Part shown: positions 8,180 through 20,000 of the stretch, piece by piece
How positions within the stretch are numbered: the first letter of the stretch is position 1
Layout: the number at the start of each line of letters is the position of its first letter
IMG/VR virus record: IMGVR_UViG_3300037847_003419
Location: 1,873 to 65,872 of that record
Reading direction: 5' to 3' (one strand)
DNA: 64,000 bases
DNA from: a virus
Taxonomy: Duplodnaviria > Caudoviricetes
Made by a program: the position numbers and the translations under genes
The notes under the pieces: generated by a model
What the model was told of the DNA's origin: nothing
Seen by the model: only the letters and a program-made list of their open reading frames with translations
The model's database searches: none

Positions 8180-10398
8180 TTTATAAATTTCTTTTCAACT
8201 GTTCCGTCTCTATATATAAAGAACAATATTTTATTTTTCTCTATTCTTGCAGGTCTACCTAATATATCTGTTATCATTATTAGCTGTGATATACGTTGAG
8301 GTATTGGTCCTACCCAAGTTCCTTCGCAATAATCATAGGTTAATTGACATATACTGTCCCAGTCATTTGTACAACAATATTCATCAATATCTATTACCCA
8401 GGCGTAACAAGGATCGTTTAACCAATAAGGTTCACCTGGACCTGTTATACACTCAGCTGCAAATAAACAAGTATCAGGTACGTTTGCTAGCTCTTCGTAG
8501 TTCCAGGCATCTTGGTCCATGCAACCCACAACAACTTCAATACAAGAACCGTTATCTGTGTTAGCGCTAGAATCATAATTAATAGCAAGACTATCGGTAC
8601 AGCCATAAATGTAAGGTATGCAGCTAAAATCTTCTGTATTGGCGTCAGCTTGGTAGTTGAACATACTTGGATCGGTACAACCATATATAAAAGGAATACA
8701 AGGAGTAATATTATTTTGAGCATTTGCAAGCGGATTAAAATTAAACATAGTTGAATCCATACAACCGTATACAAATGGCTCGCAACTTCCATCGTCTGTA
8801 TTTGCTAAACTATCATAGTTAAACATAGTTGAGTCAGTGCATCCGTAAACGTATGCTATACACGTATCAGGTGTGTTAGCAAGTGGATTATAGTTTAAGG
8901 CTAGACTTTCCATACATCCAATAATAACAGGTAAACAACCACCATTATCCACGTTTGCAGTAGAGTCATAATTAAACGAAGCTGTATCTGTACATCCAAA
9001 CACTGCTAAATTTACACAACTGTCTTGTATATTAATATCTGTATAAACTCCGTTAGATGTGTCGATATGATACTCTAGATACGCAGGAGACATACAACCT
9101 GGTACATAATAACAAGGTAGCGGTGTATTTGCCGTACTATCATAGTTAAATGCCATGTTATCCATGCACCCTTCAACTATTTCAATACACTCGTTACCAC
9201 AATAGGTTATACCACCATACACAAAAAAAGGTTGTATAAACGGTGGTCTAACACTTATAACAGTATCACCCATAGGATTTATTAAAGTAAATCCACATTC
9301 AAGAGCCGTACCAGAAGCTTGTTGACTAATAAAAAACTTAGCTCTTACTAGTTTAGGCGCTTTCAATTGTAAAGTGTAGGTTTGATCAAAACCAGATGTC
9401 ATTACAAACTGCGACGTGTCATCTTGATAAATTTCTAATCTACTACCAACCCAACCGTTACCTGCAAGATCATGCAGCACAAGAGTGTAATCGCAACTGT
9501 CTATGTAATCCATAGTGTTTGCGGTTGAGTCATAGTTAAACATTGTACTATCAGTACAACCATATATTTTTAAAGTAGCACAGCTACTGTCACTTACTGT
9601 GGCTGCTGGATTAAATTCAATATAATTGTCGTCCATACAGCCCGGCACTGGTGGTGGTGGAGTACACGTGTCTGACACAAATACATGCGTGGAATCTGTC
9701 CCAAAATTAGGTGTGGTACCAAACACCAAGGTATCTCCACATTGCATCAAATAATATGATCCATCGTTTCCACCCCACTGGCTTCCAGCTAAACCATCTC
9801 CGTACGTATCAAATATCGTAAACCTTAAAACACCTGTAGGTAAGCAAACTGGAATATATTGTGGTTGGTAATCAGGAGCGTTTGGGTATGGGCCTCCTGC
9901 TGCTATCAAATTACCCATTGTATCTGTTATTTCCCAACTAGTTTCACTAGTAAACTGATCTAAATTTATATTTACCATAGCTGGCACGCACTGACCAGGT
10001 GGCGGAGGTTGTGGTACACAAGTAGGTATTAGTCTATTCCAATACATACCACTATTAAAATTAGGTGTTGGTACTGATATTATAGTGTCTTCGCACACTG
10101 AGACATAAAAACTACCTGGAGACATCATACCGTCTCCGTAAGTATCTCTTATTAAAAACGTTATATTAGTTAAAGTATCTGCTAAAAACACAGTGTCTGT
10201 AAATGTAGAGTTTGCTGAAGTATAATGACCAGCATCTACACTAGCTATAGTATCTCCATACAAAGAGTCTTTAAATATAATCCAATATGTTTCGCTTGGA
10301 TAAGCGTCTGTGTTTAAATGTACTACTAAATTTTTTTGACTAAGTAAAGCAAAAGGTAGCAGCGTAAGCAAAAGTATTTTTCTCATTTTAAAAATCAC
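8176..10398 (-). CDS. secreted Cys/Asp-rich repeat protein with T9SS-like C-terminal sorting domain
   Basis: Signal peptide; two similar N-terminal domains (ETyW/ETSW...DTYGDG); 11 GC(T/M)D-type repeats; C-terminus ITDILGR...LFFIYRDGTVEKKFIK. Confidence 0.7.
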   Translation of the reverse strand: MIFKMRKILLLTLLPFALLSQKNLVVHLNTDAYPSETYWIIFKDSLYGDTIASVDAGHYTSANSTFTDTVFLADTLTNITFLIRDTYGDGMMSPGSFYVSVCEDTIISVPTPNFNSGMYWNRLIPTCVPQPPPPGQCVPAMVNINLDQFTSETSWEITDTMGNLIAAGGPYPNAPDYQPQYIPVCLPTGVLRFTIFDTYGDGLAGSQWGGNDGSYYLMQCGDTLVFGTTPNFGTDSTHVFVSDTCTPPPPVPGCMDDNYIEFNPAATVSDSSCATLKIYGCTDSTMFNYDSTANTMDYIDSCDYTLVLHDLAGNGWVGSRLEIYQDDTSQFVMTSGFDQTYTLQLKAPKLVRAKFFISQQASGTALECGFTLINPMGDTVISVRPPFIQPFFVYGGITYCGNECIEIVEGCMDNMAFNYDSTANTPLPCYYVPGCMSPAYLEYHIDTSNGVYTDINIQDSCVNLAVFGCTDTASFNYDSTANVDNGGCLPVIIGCMESLALNYNPLANTPDTCIAYVYGCTDSTMFNYDSLANTDDGSCEPFVYGCMDSTMFNFNPLANAQNNITPCIPFIYGCTDPSMFNYQADANTEDFSCIPYIYGCTDSLAINYDSSANTDNGSCIEVVVGCMDQDAWNYEELANVPDTCLFAAECITGPGEPYWLNDPCYAWVIDIDEYCCTNDWDSICQLTYDYCEGTWVGPIPQRISQLIMITDILGRPARIEKNKILFFIYRDGTVEKKFIK

Positions 10399-10759
10399 TC
10401 ATTATTAATTCATCAACTTCTTCTTGTACCTCTTTTCTTGTTACGGCCATAGTAAAACTAAGATCTGCTTGGTAACGTTTTACTTCTTCACCGTTAAAAA
10501 CTATAATTGTAGGCACTACAACTATATTGTATTTCTTTTGCCAGTCACCTTCATCTATATTTATTCTTTTTATACCACAGTCATTTAACTTTTCTAACCA
10601 GTCTACACTATTAGCCTTGTTCCATCCAGCATTAAACTCAACTACACATACGTCTGTTTTGCAAATATTTTGTGCGTTAACAGTGTTGGCAAGCATTATA
10701 AATAATATTATTAAAAAATAAACTACATATACGCTGTGAGGTGTTTTAGTTTCTTCCAT
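10388..10759 (-). CDS. membrane-anchored or exported thioredoxin-fold protein lacking CxxC
   Basis: N-terminal hydrophobic stretch; VVEFNAGWNKAN in place of WCxxC; KYNIVVVPTIIVFNGEEVKR cis-Pro loop. Confidence 0.7.
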   Translation of the reverse strand: MEETKTPHSVYVVYFLIILFIMLANTVNAQNICKTDVCVVEFNAGWNKANSVDWLEKLNDCGIKRINIDEGDWQKKYNIVVVPTIIVFNGEEVKRYQADLSFTMAVTRKEVQEEVDELIMSDF

Positions 10760-11037
10760 TATTCGTAAAGTTTTTCTTCTATTTTTTCAATAGACTTTTT
10801 GATTTCTTTAACGTCTTCCTGTGTATTCATTATAGTATTACGTATCATTTGATCTTTCATATCAAATTCCATACGCGTAACCTCAGGGTCTGGTGGCGCT
10901 GGCAGCTCTTTTGCCTCTGCAATATCAGCTTGTAACGTGAACCACATACCAGCTATAGTTGCTATTGCAAAACCTATTCCTATCAATGTTTTTATGCTTA
11001 ATACAAAACCTGTATCTTCGTTTAATTCTTTTGCCAT
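10759..11037 (-). CDS. small single-TM protein with C-terminal coiled coil
   Basis: LIGIGFAIATIAGMWF helix, then heptad DVKEIKKSIEKIEEKL. Confidence 0.65.
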   Translation of the reverse strand: MAKELNEDTGFVLSIKTLIGIGFAIATIAGMWFTLQADIAEAKELPAPPDPEVTRMEFDMKDQMIRNTIMNTQEDVKEIKKSIEKIEEKLYE

Positions 11038-11081
11038 TTTTTATAGTCTACTTTATATTATAGTATTACTTGTTTTTTAAA

Positions 11082-14000
11082 TTATTTAACCCTGTGACTA
11101 GGTATGTTACATCTACCATCTTGGTTTTTTACTGGATTACCACACGGTAAGCCTTTTGAATTTGTACCACCATTGTCACCACACGTTGGACCATCTTGGC
11201 CTCCATGTACGGAACATCTATCACCGTGGTTTTTAACGTTTCTAGCACATCTATCACCATCACTTGTTGCAGCAGAACATCTAACGTACTTAGCGTCAGG
11301 ATTAGATCTTTTTTCTATCTCTACGTCTTTTGCTATTTCTTCTTCTTTAGTAAGTTTTTTCTCTTCTTTTTTATCTTCCTTTTTCTGTTCTTTAACTTCT
11401 TCTCTTACTTCTTTTACTTTTGTGTCTAAACCAACATCCCATGGATTCCAGCCAAGTATAATCATTAGCTCTTTCCAAAACATTTCTTCAAACTCTTCTT
11501 CTGTTTCAGCTTCATTGTGCACCACAGTTAAAAGATTTTGTACTCTTGAAATAACCTCGTTAGCAGGTATGTTTGTAAAAGCTTGTACTGTGTTAGCAAT
11601 TACATTTAACTGAGGATTCATAGGATCGTTCCAGTCCATAGCTTCTATAACATCCTCGTTTATTTGCTTTGTTTTTATAGCAGAGTATATTTGTCTAAGT
11701 TTTATACCTACAACTGGAGATATATTAGCAAATTGTAATATAGTATAAGTGTGATCAGCGTTCCATCCTTTAGATTCTTGCTCTTTATATTCTATTACAC
11801 CGTTTACAACAGTTACTAGTATAACACCTTCTAGACCCATACCTACTAATATGGATTCAATAGTACTTTTTATCCAACTATCAGATCTAGTCTCCCAATC
11901 TTCGTCTTCGTCCATTAAAGCAATAAAGACAGCTTGTTGCAAGCCAGTAAACAAAAGGTTTTGTATAGCTCCGTAGTATAATATATCTTTAACATTTTGA
12001 GCAACTGTACCTCTTTTGTTTCTTATATTGTCAATTGCATTAACTATTTTACGAGTATACTGTTGCGGTGTTACTTTGAAGTTTAATAAAAACTTACCAA
12101 GTATAGACGATTGTTCGTAAGATAATTTATCAGGTCTGATAGACTGTTGTGTCGCTTGTGTGTTTTCCCATGTTTTATCCCAAGCCATTTGCTCTGCTTC
12201 TTGTTTAGAGTAACCTTGGCTAATAAAATAATTTACATAATTTCTATAGTAAGCAGCACCACCTAAAGAAATAGCTAAACTATCCGCTATTTGTGTCATG
12301 AGAAATCCTTTACTTAGTAACCATCCAACGGCTGCTCTAGACTGTGCTATAACACCACCTTCTATTGTTGACATATAATCAACGAGTTCACTTATATTAA
12401 CATCTATTTTTCTACCACCTCTTCTAGCAACCATATCAGGATGCATTAATATAAAACCAACGTCAGCCCAATATTGTTTTACATTAGCAAAGGCACGAGC
12501 AGAGTTAAATAAACTGTTAGGACCTCTAAGTTCTATATAGTTTATACTAGAAAGCATCTGTAATATTGCTGAACGTGTATTAGCAAACATAACAACCGCT
12601 GTAGAACCACCTAAAAATTCCATCCAAGCTTTTTCTAAAGTACCCATTTCTGAAGACCTTTTAGGTTTACCGTTTTCCATTTTATAAAGCATCTCTTCTA
12701 CATACTTTCTAAAAGAACTTCCGTACAGAGCTTCTATCTTATTTAGATTAGCTTCACTAAATACTTCGTTTTTAATTTCAATCCAGTCTTTTAATACTTC
12801 AGCTCTAACACCACTGTTCATGTGGAAGTATAAATCTCCACTTATAGTATTTACAACCCAATCTTTTCCTGGTGTTACATAACCGTCGGTTATATTGTCT
12901 AAGCCCTGTGCGTACAATAATAGGTCTGGATTATTTTCAACTGTTGAAATTAATTCTTTTAACTCTTTTTTACTTAATCCTAGTTTGTCTTTGTGTCCGT
13001 TTTTATTAAAAAGCCAAACTCTAACAGCGTCTCCATTAGTAAAACCTGTTTTACCAATCTCTTGTTTTAAAAGTTTTTTAAGTTTTTGCTTGCCAATTTT
13101 ACTTCTTATTTTATCATGAAGCTCTCTTGTCTCAGCTTTTCTTCTATCAATTTCACTTAAAGCTCTAGCGTAAGGTGTTATTAAGTTTTCAATTAAATAC
13201 TCTAACTCTTTTTCTCCTTTTGCGCCTTTACCAATAAATACTCTTAACATCTGCTCAAAATCCATAGCAGAAGGATTCATTATGAACTGGAATCTACCTT
13301 TGTTTTTACCATGCGCTTGTGCTTGCGCTCTTGAAAACTCTTGATTTTCAGGTATGTTGGCATTTTCTGATAATATAACATTAAAGTTTTCTCCTAAAGA
13401 ATTTTTATTTTCAGGTCTTGTTACTATAGATTTACCACCGTCAACAAACATGCCCTCTGGATACATGTCAAACATTTTTTGAACAGCCTCTACGTTTGGT
13501 ATATGATCGTCTATAAAAACAATATCGTTATAACCATTAAAAATTAAATTCTCTTCTATCCAATCTGCTTTAGCTTCACCGGTACTATTACCTAAACCTA
13601 TTACATTTTCAGCTTTTAAATAAGGAACGTTAGTTCCATTAGCTTTGTTATACACGTCTATTCTAAAGTTTATAAAAGCAAGTATATTTGGTTGAGAACC
13701 TGAGGCTCTTGCTGTAAGTATAAAAACGCCTTCTGGTCCAAATCTTATAAGTTGCTTTATTAAGTAAGGAAAAACAGGACCTTCCTTACCGTCTGTAACA
13801 TTATCAAAGTCAGAGAAGTCCATTTCCCAACCTTCTTGTAGTAACCTGTCACCATCCTTAGCCCAATCAACGCCGTCTAAATCTCTAGTTTCACCAGTCT
13901 CTGGATTAGTTGCTATTACAACGTTACTACTTTCGCCAACAGTTAAATCAAAGTCCAAAACAGTACCTCCTAGATAAGGTAAACCTATAGAGTGTTTATT

Positions 14001-17000
14001 TATAATTTGTTTTCTTTTTTCTCTTTTCTCTCTTGATACTTCTGATTCAATTAAAGCTAGTTTGTTTTTGGCTTGTTCTATAAGTTCATCAACTTTTAAA
14101 TCAAATTCAACACCACTAATATGCATTATAGTTTTTCTAATTTGCTCTGGTAATTGTTTTAATCTTTCAAAGCCAAGAGTACTGTTGGTACCTGTAAGTT
14201 TATCTATAAGATCCATCTGTACCTTTGGTCCTAACCATTGTCCGTGATCAGAGAATAGCTCTTTAACTCTTTCTTTTATATTTATACTAGGATCTTTAGT
14301 TGACTCTAACATAAGCTTCATAAGACTAAACATTTTATTACCGTTTGGATCTATATGCTCACCTTTTTGAAACCAAGTACTAACTTTGTTTTCTATAGTA
14401 ATTAAATCTAAAGTTGTAAACGCTCTAAATCCTTTACTGATATTTGTTTGTGCTTGTAATAAGTGTAACGCTGACACTATACTTATCTTACCATCTTTAA
14501 CAAGGTTTACTAACTTTTCAGTCATGTATTCTAATAATATTATATTAGCCTTATTAGCGTTTCTTATCTCATCACCAAACAATCTTTCTAACCTTTCTTC
14601 TTTTTGCTCTTTTATTGATGGCGCGTCTGGTCCAGTATCATAATCTGTAGCGGCTAAAACTTGGGTATATATCTTTTTCATTAAACCGCTACCACTATTC
14701 ATCTCTCTAATATCCGCAACAACTAGACTAGAAGGTAAGTCTGAGTCAATGTTTTTTAGTCTACTAATTAAGTTTTGATGCCTTTCGTAAAACTCACCTC
14801 TTACTAACTCAGCACCGTCACTAACAGGGTCTACTGATATAGTTCCTTTTGCAAACTTACCATCGTCGTTTACCTTTATAAAATCATTTGTCTCTGGTCT
14901 AAACCTCCAGCCTTTTACTAACTTACTAGTTTCGCCGTTACCAGATTGATTGTTTTTGTCAAATTTTCCTTCAGATCTCTTAGGCCCTTGTTTAGAAGCG
15001 CCTATATCCATAGCTGAATAATGGAAACCAAATATATCTGGCCCTAATGCTAAATAAGCATCATAACCCAACTCTAATATTACAGCTTCCATAGCGTCAA
15101 ACATTCTATCTAAAACGCCTTTACCATCTTTATCTACGTTACCGTTGTTCTTTATAGTACCATCGCTTTTAAATTGATTCGCTATATCTCCAAAACCGTT
15201 TTGCTCTAACCATTTAATTGTTTCTTTTTTAAAGAAAACTTCTTCGTTAGTTTCAAAAGCAACTTTATCATTAGCGTATATTACTGTCGCTATAGATTCT
15301 TTACTATACTTACCTTCTTCACCTATAACCTCTAAGTTATCCTCATCAATAACATCTTCGTAAGAACTTTTTCTAATTAGCCTAGCTATAGCACTAACTT
15401 CTTTTAAGTATTTCTGATTTAAAAGTATTTCAAAACCAAATATTTCAAACTGGTCTCCAAGAGAAAACTTCATCAAAGGATCTCTTTTTATAGTCTCTAC
15501 TAGTTTACCAGTTATAGTTTCTAACTCATTAGGTAAAGCATCAAAAACAGCGTCTAAACCTAACTCAGCAGCTAAAGAGTTTATTAAAGATTTGTATCTA
15601 GTTTCTCTTCCTTCTGTAAATAAAGCTACAAAAACATCATTATCAATGTCATAGTTTTTAATCCATATATCATTACCAGCTGTACCACTTAATACAAAAG
15701 CACCTTTAATATCAGTCTGTTCTTTAACAGATTTATCTACAGGCATTCTACCTCCATGCGTAGATAATTCAGGAAATCTATTTTTATATTTAACAGCTAG
15801 TAAATCTATTATTAATCTTTTGTTATCTAATAAAAACTTTTTAAGCGTAGCGTCAGTTCCTCTTCTATTTGTAGGATTTATTATACCTTTTATAACATCT
15901 TTAAATGCTTCTGTAAACTCTTTCTCTAGTTCTTGTCTAAACTTTTTCTTTTGTTTTGGGTTTTGTAAAGCATCTTCTAAGGTTAGAGCATCTACTTTGC
16001 TCATTAAAGACTCTTTAACTTTGTTAAATATTAATTTATAAGTATCACTATCTTTTGTTATACCAAAAGCTTTTCTTAGTTTAGAGTTTATTAATTGATC
16101 AACAGTAGTTTCAATACCCTCAATTTCATTACCAAAGTCGCCACCACCATCATCTTTAATATCATCTTGCACTTCTGTTTTAACTACGTTTAATTGAGCT
16201 TTTTCAAGTATGTTACCTACTTGTAACTTTACGTTTTGCATTAAATACTTACTAAGCTCTTGTCCAAAACTAGGGTCGTATCTATCAATATATTTAAGTA
16301 TTTCTAACTCTATGTCTCTTCTAAAATCAACAAACTTATAAGCTTGCTCAGGATTACTTTTTTGAGCTTCAAAGTTCCATATCTTACTTACAGTAGTAAC
16401 ATAAGGCTGCATCAACTTAAGTATCTTAGTTTTCATTATTTGTTCACTAATATCACCATTAAGATACGAGTTATACACATTAGCAACAGCTAACGATCTT
16501 TCCTCTTGACTCATGCCTTTATTAGTTTCTTGATTTAACAGCTCGTCTCTTCTAGCTCTTTTTTCGTTTAGTGCGTCTTCGTTTTCTTTTTGTAACTCTT
16601 CTTTTCTATTATTGTATTCTGTAGTACCAGGAACTAAATTTTCTTCCTTAAGTGTATTTTGTATTTTAAGTGATATATCTCTTATATCATTTTTTATTTG
16701 AGTTAGTTCTATTTGTTCGTTGGTTGAAAGAGAATGTTTAGTAACGTCAGTTTCAGTATCGTCTGTTTCGTCTCCAAATATAATTTTGCTTCTTTTTGTT
16801 TGAGAGTGGTATTTACTAATATACCTATAAACGTCCATTGGACTATTAAAGTTAATATAAGGCGCAAGGCTTGGTTTGAGTTTTTTAAGTAAACCATTTA
16901 TAAACACTCTTAAATCAAACAGTTGATTAAAATCACTAGGTTTTAAACCTCCCCAAAACATTATGTCATGAACTATATTCATTAACTCTTCAGTTCTTAC

Positions 17001-20000
17001 AGACTTATTTTTAACATTTTTTTCATAAAACTCTATACGTTTTTTGAAATGTGTTAAAGCCTCTGGAGTTAATTTCTTTTGTTTAGCAAGTTTATTCATA
17101 AGGCCCTTTAACTCTTCAACAGCTTTTTGATGTTGTTTCTTTAATTCGCCTTTTAATATAAGACCCTTAGTAATATGGTACTCATGAAATATTTCGTGTA
17201 GAGGAGTTGCGGCAGCGTCTGACGCTTCAAGTATGTCATCATGAAGAAGTATTTTTTGCAAAATAAAACCGTTAAGTATATACAAATTTCCAGTTCGATC
17301 TGATCTATAACCATTAGATTTTTTACCTTCAATAGCTGCTTCAAGTTCAGCTATTTCAGATTTAATTTGCTCTTCACTGAATCCTTGGCGTTTTAGTTGT
17401 TTTTTTATTTCTTTTATCTCTTTAGGAGTTGGCAAAACACCTTTTATAATAAATTTAGCTTTTTTAGTTTTAGTGCCTTTCATTATAAGTAAAGCTGATT
17501 GATAAGCTGATAGAAGTTGTTTTCTTCTAACTGGATTAATACCTTTTTCTATCATCTTTGCTTCGTACTCTTCCATCAACTCGTTTACTTCAGAGTTTGC
17601 TTCAAAAAAAGCATCTATTTGATCCTGTATTTCTTTATATTCTTTTTCTAGTTGCTCTATTTCTTTTTTGTCAAAATCTAATTGCTCACCCATTTTTTGA
17701 GCTTCAAGAAGTTTAGCTTTTCTTTTAGCTGCCAGATCAAATATTTCTTTAATTTTTTGACCTTTACTTTTTATAATGTTACCATTTTCGTCAACATCAT
17801 CTTTGATATTATCTAACTTACCAATTATATTGTTTTCAAGCTCATTTAACTGTTTTAGCAAGTCATCTTTTCTTTGTGTTAACTCAGATATATCTTGTTT
17901 GCTTAAATTTCCTTCCTTTTTATTTTCGTTTAAATCTTGTGTTATAGCCTCTAGTTCGTTCGCTAACTCTTCAACCAATGCCATTTCTTTGCTAGTCAAA
18001 ACAGATTCTCTAATAACTAAAGCTATAGGTTTAAGAGAGGCGTTTGTTTGTAATATGGTACTAAAAGCAACAACATTAGCATAAAAATCAGCGTCCATTC
18101 CATCAAAAATACCTATTTGGCCACCTGTAGATGTAGTTTCTCCAGTTAGTATAGCTAAAGCATTTTTAGAAATTTGATCTAACATTTCTTCAAAAACTTC
18201 AATACTTATATTCAAGCCAACAAAACCTCCAACCTTAAATAGATTTTTAACCCTCATGCCTGGACCTAACTTTGGCTTAAATTTTTGCCATTTTTGAAGT
18301 ACCTTTAACGTACCAAAACGCTCAGCAACACCAGTTATAATACCGTGCGAAATAGAAACAAGTCTATCACCTGTTTCACTACGTTCTAATATACTTTTTT
18401 GCACTAGTATTTGTTGCTGTATAAATTCTTTTTCACCTTCACTTAAATTAGGATCTAATAGTTGTGATTCTAATTTTTGTATTATAGCGATAGCGTTTTT
18501 CCTAGATGTTTTAACATCAGTGTATTTACCTCCAGCTGCCCAAGACGCAAATATAGCGGTAGTAATATAAGGCCCAACTCCTGGTATTAACATCGTTAAA
18601 AGAGCGGCGCCGTTAGCACTATTTGAAACTAGCATATCAGCAAACCAAAGGCCAAGTCCTACGTCATCCTTCCATTTTGAAGCTTGAGGAAAATTTTCTG
18701 AGTAAACCTCCATGGTCTCTCTTGCTTTTTTTGTAAAGAACTCTCCCCATATCTCATCACCCCATAAAGCCTCTGATGCAGCAAGTATCTGTGTAAGCAT
18801 TGTGCCTAAATTAACAAAAGTTTTGCTCCAGTAGTCATAATTTTTACTCAAAGCTGAATAATAAGGAGCGTTTTTGTCTAAGTTGTTTTTGTCTTCTAAA
18901 AGTAGTTTTTGATCAGTATCTAAATCGTTAGTAAAGTTAATTATTCTTTGTCGTTCTGATACAGCTTTTTGAAAGTCATCAGCTATTTCTGTCATTCTAC
19001 TTATAATACCAGCTATGTAGCTTCTATCAACAGCAGAAGAATCCTTGTCTAACATAGATGCGGCTAGCTCTTTTTGAAGCCTTGTCATTTCGTCTATAAT
19101 AGGCTGTTGGTTTTTTTCCCAGTCTTTAGTTCGTTTTTCAAGACTATATTCTGAATAATTATTTAAGTCTATACCATCTTTTAACAGTAGATCAAATTGT
19201 TCAGGGTATTTTCTTTTAAAATCTTTTATACCCTCTTGCCTAAGCAAAATCTCTAACATTCTAAACGTTTGTTTTTTAAGAAGCGCCTCTTGTATAAGTT
19301 CACCAGACTTAGCGGGATCTTCAACAAAAGGTATGTCATCTAACATTTTTAAAATATCGTCAGATCCTCCTAGTTCGTTTAATCTAGCTCTAACGCCTTT
19401 AAATACAGTTGTACCTGCGTCATGCTTCTTGCCTTTACCTCCAATTCTTAAAAGACCGTCTTTACCGAAGTAAACATATTGTCTACCGTCTATACCACCT
19501 CTAGCTATATTGTAACCGTCTTTTATTTGTTGTAAAATATTATCAACTGTTAAAATACCTCTTGTTTTCTTTACATTTAAAAATACTAACTCTCCATTTT
19601 TATTTTTAAAATAAACAAAAGCAACTTCTTCTCCATTTATTTGTTTGTATATAACAGGTTCTTCAAAGTTCTTTATACCAGTACCATTGTTAGTTAAAAA
19701 ATTATTAGTTATTCTATGAGCCTTTTCTATTTCACTTTCAGTAATTCCAAAATTAACCATCATAGCTTCTTCGCTAAAAACATTAACGCCTCTTTTCTTT
19801 TTTTGGTTGTCGTTAAGATTTATAATTTTGTTAAATAAATTTACAGCTCTATTGTAATAATTTTTTAATATAGCATATTCATCCTCTCTACCTTCTAACT
19901 GTATCTCATTAATTATTTCTGCAATAGCGCTTTTTCCTTTAAGACCTGCTTTACGCGCGTCGTAAATAGATTTTATTATAGCAAGATCTTGTTTAGTAAC

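Noticed and set aside
14340-14375. KGEHIDP as an HNH nuclease motif in the giant protein
   Set aside because: No convincing downstream N/H residues by eye; left as an unknown domain.
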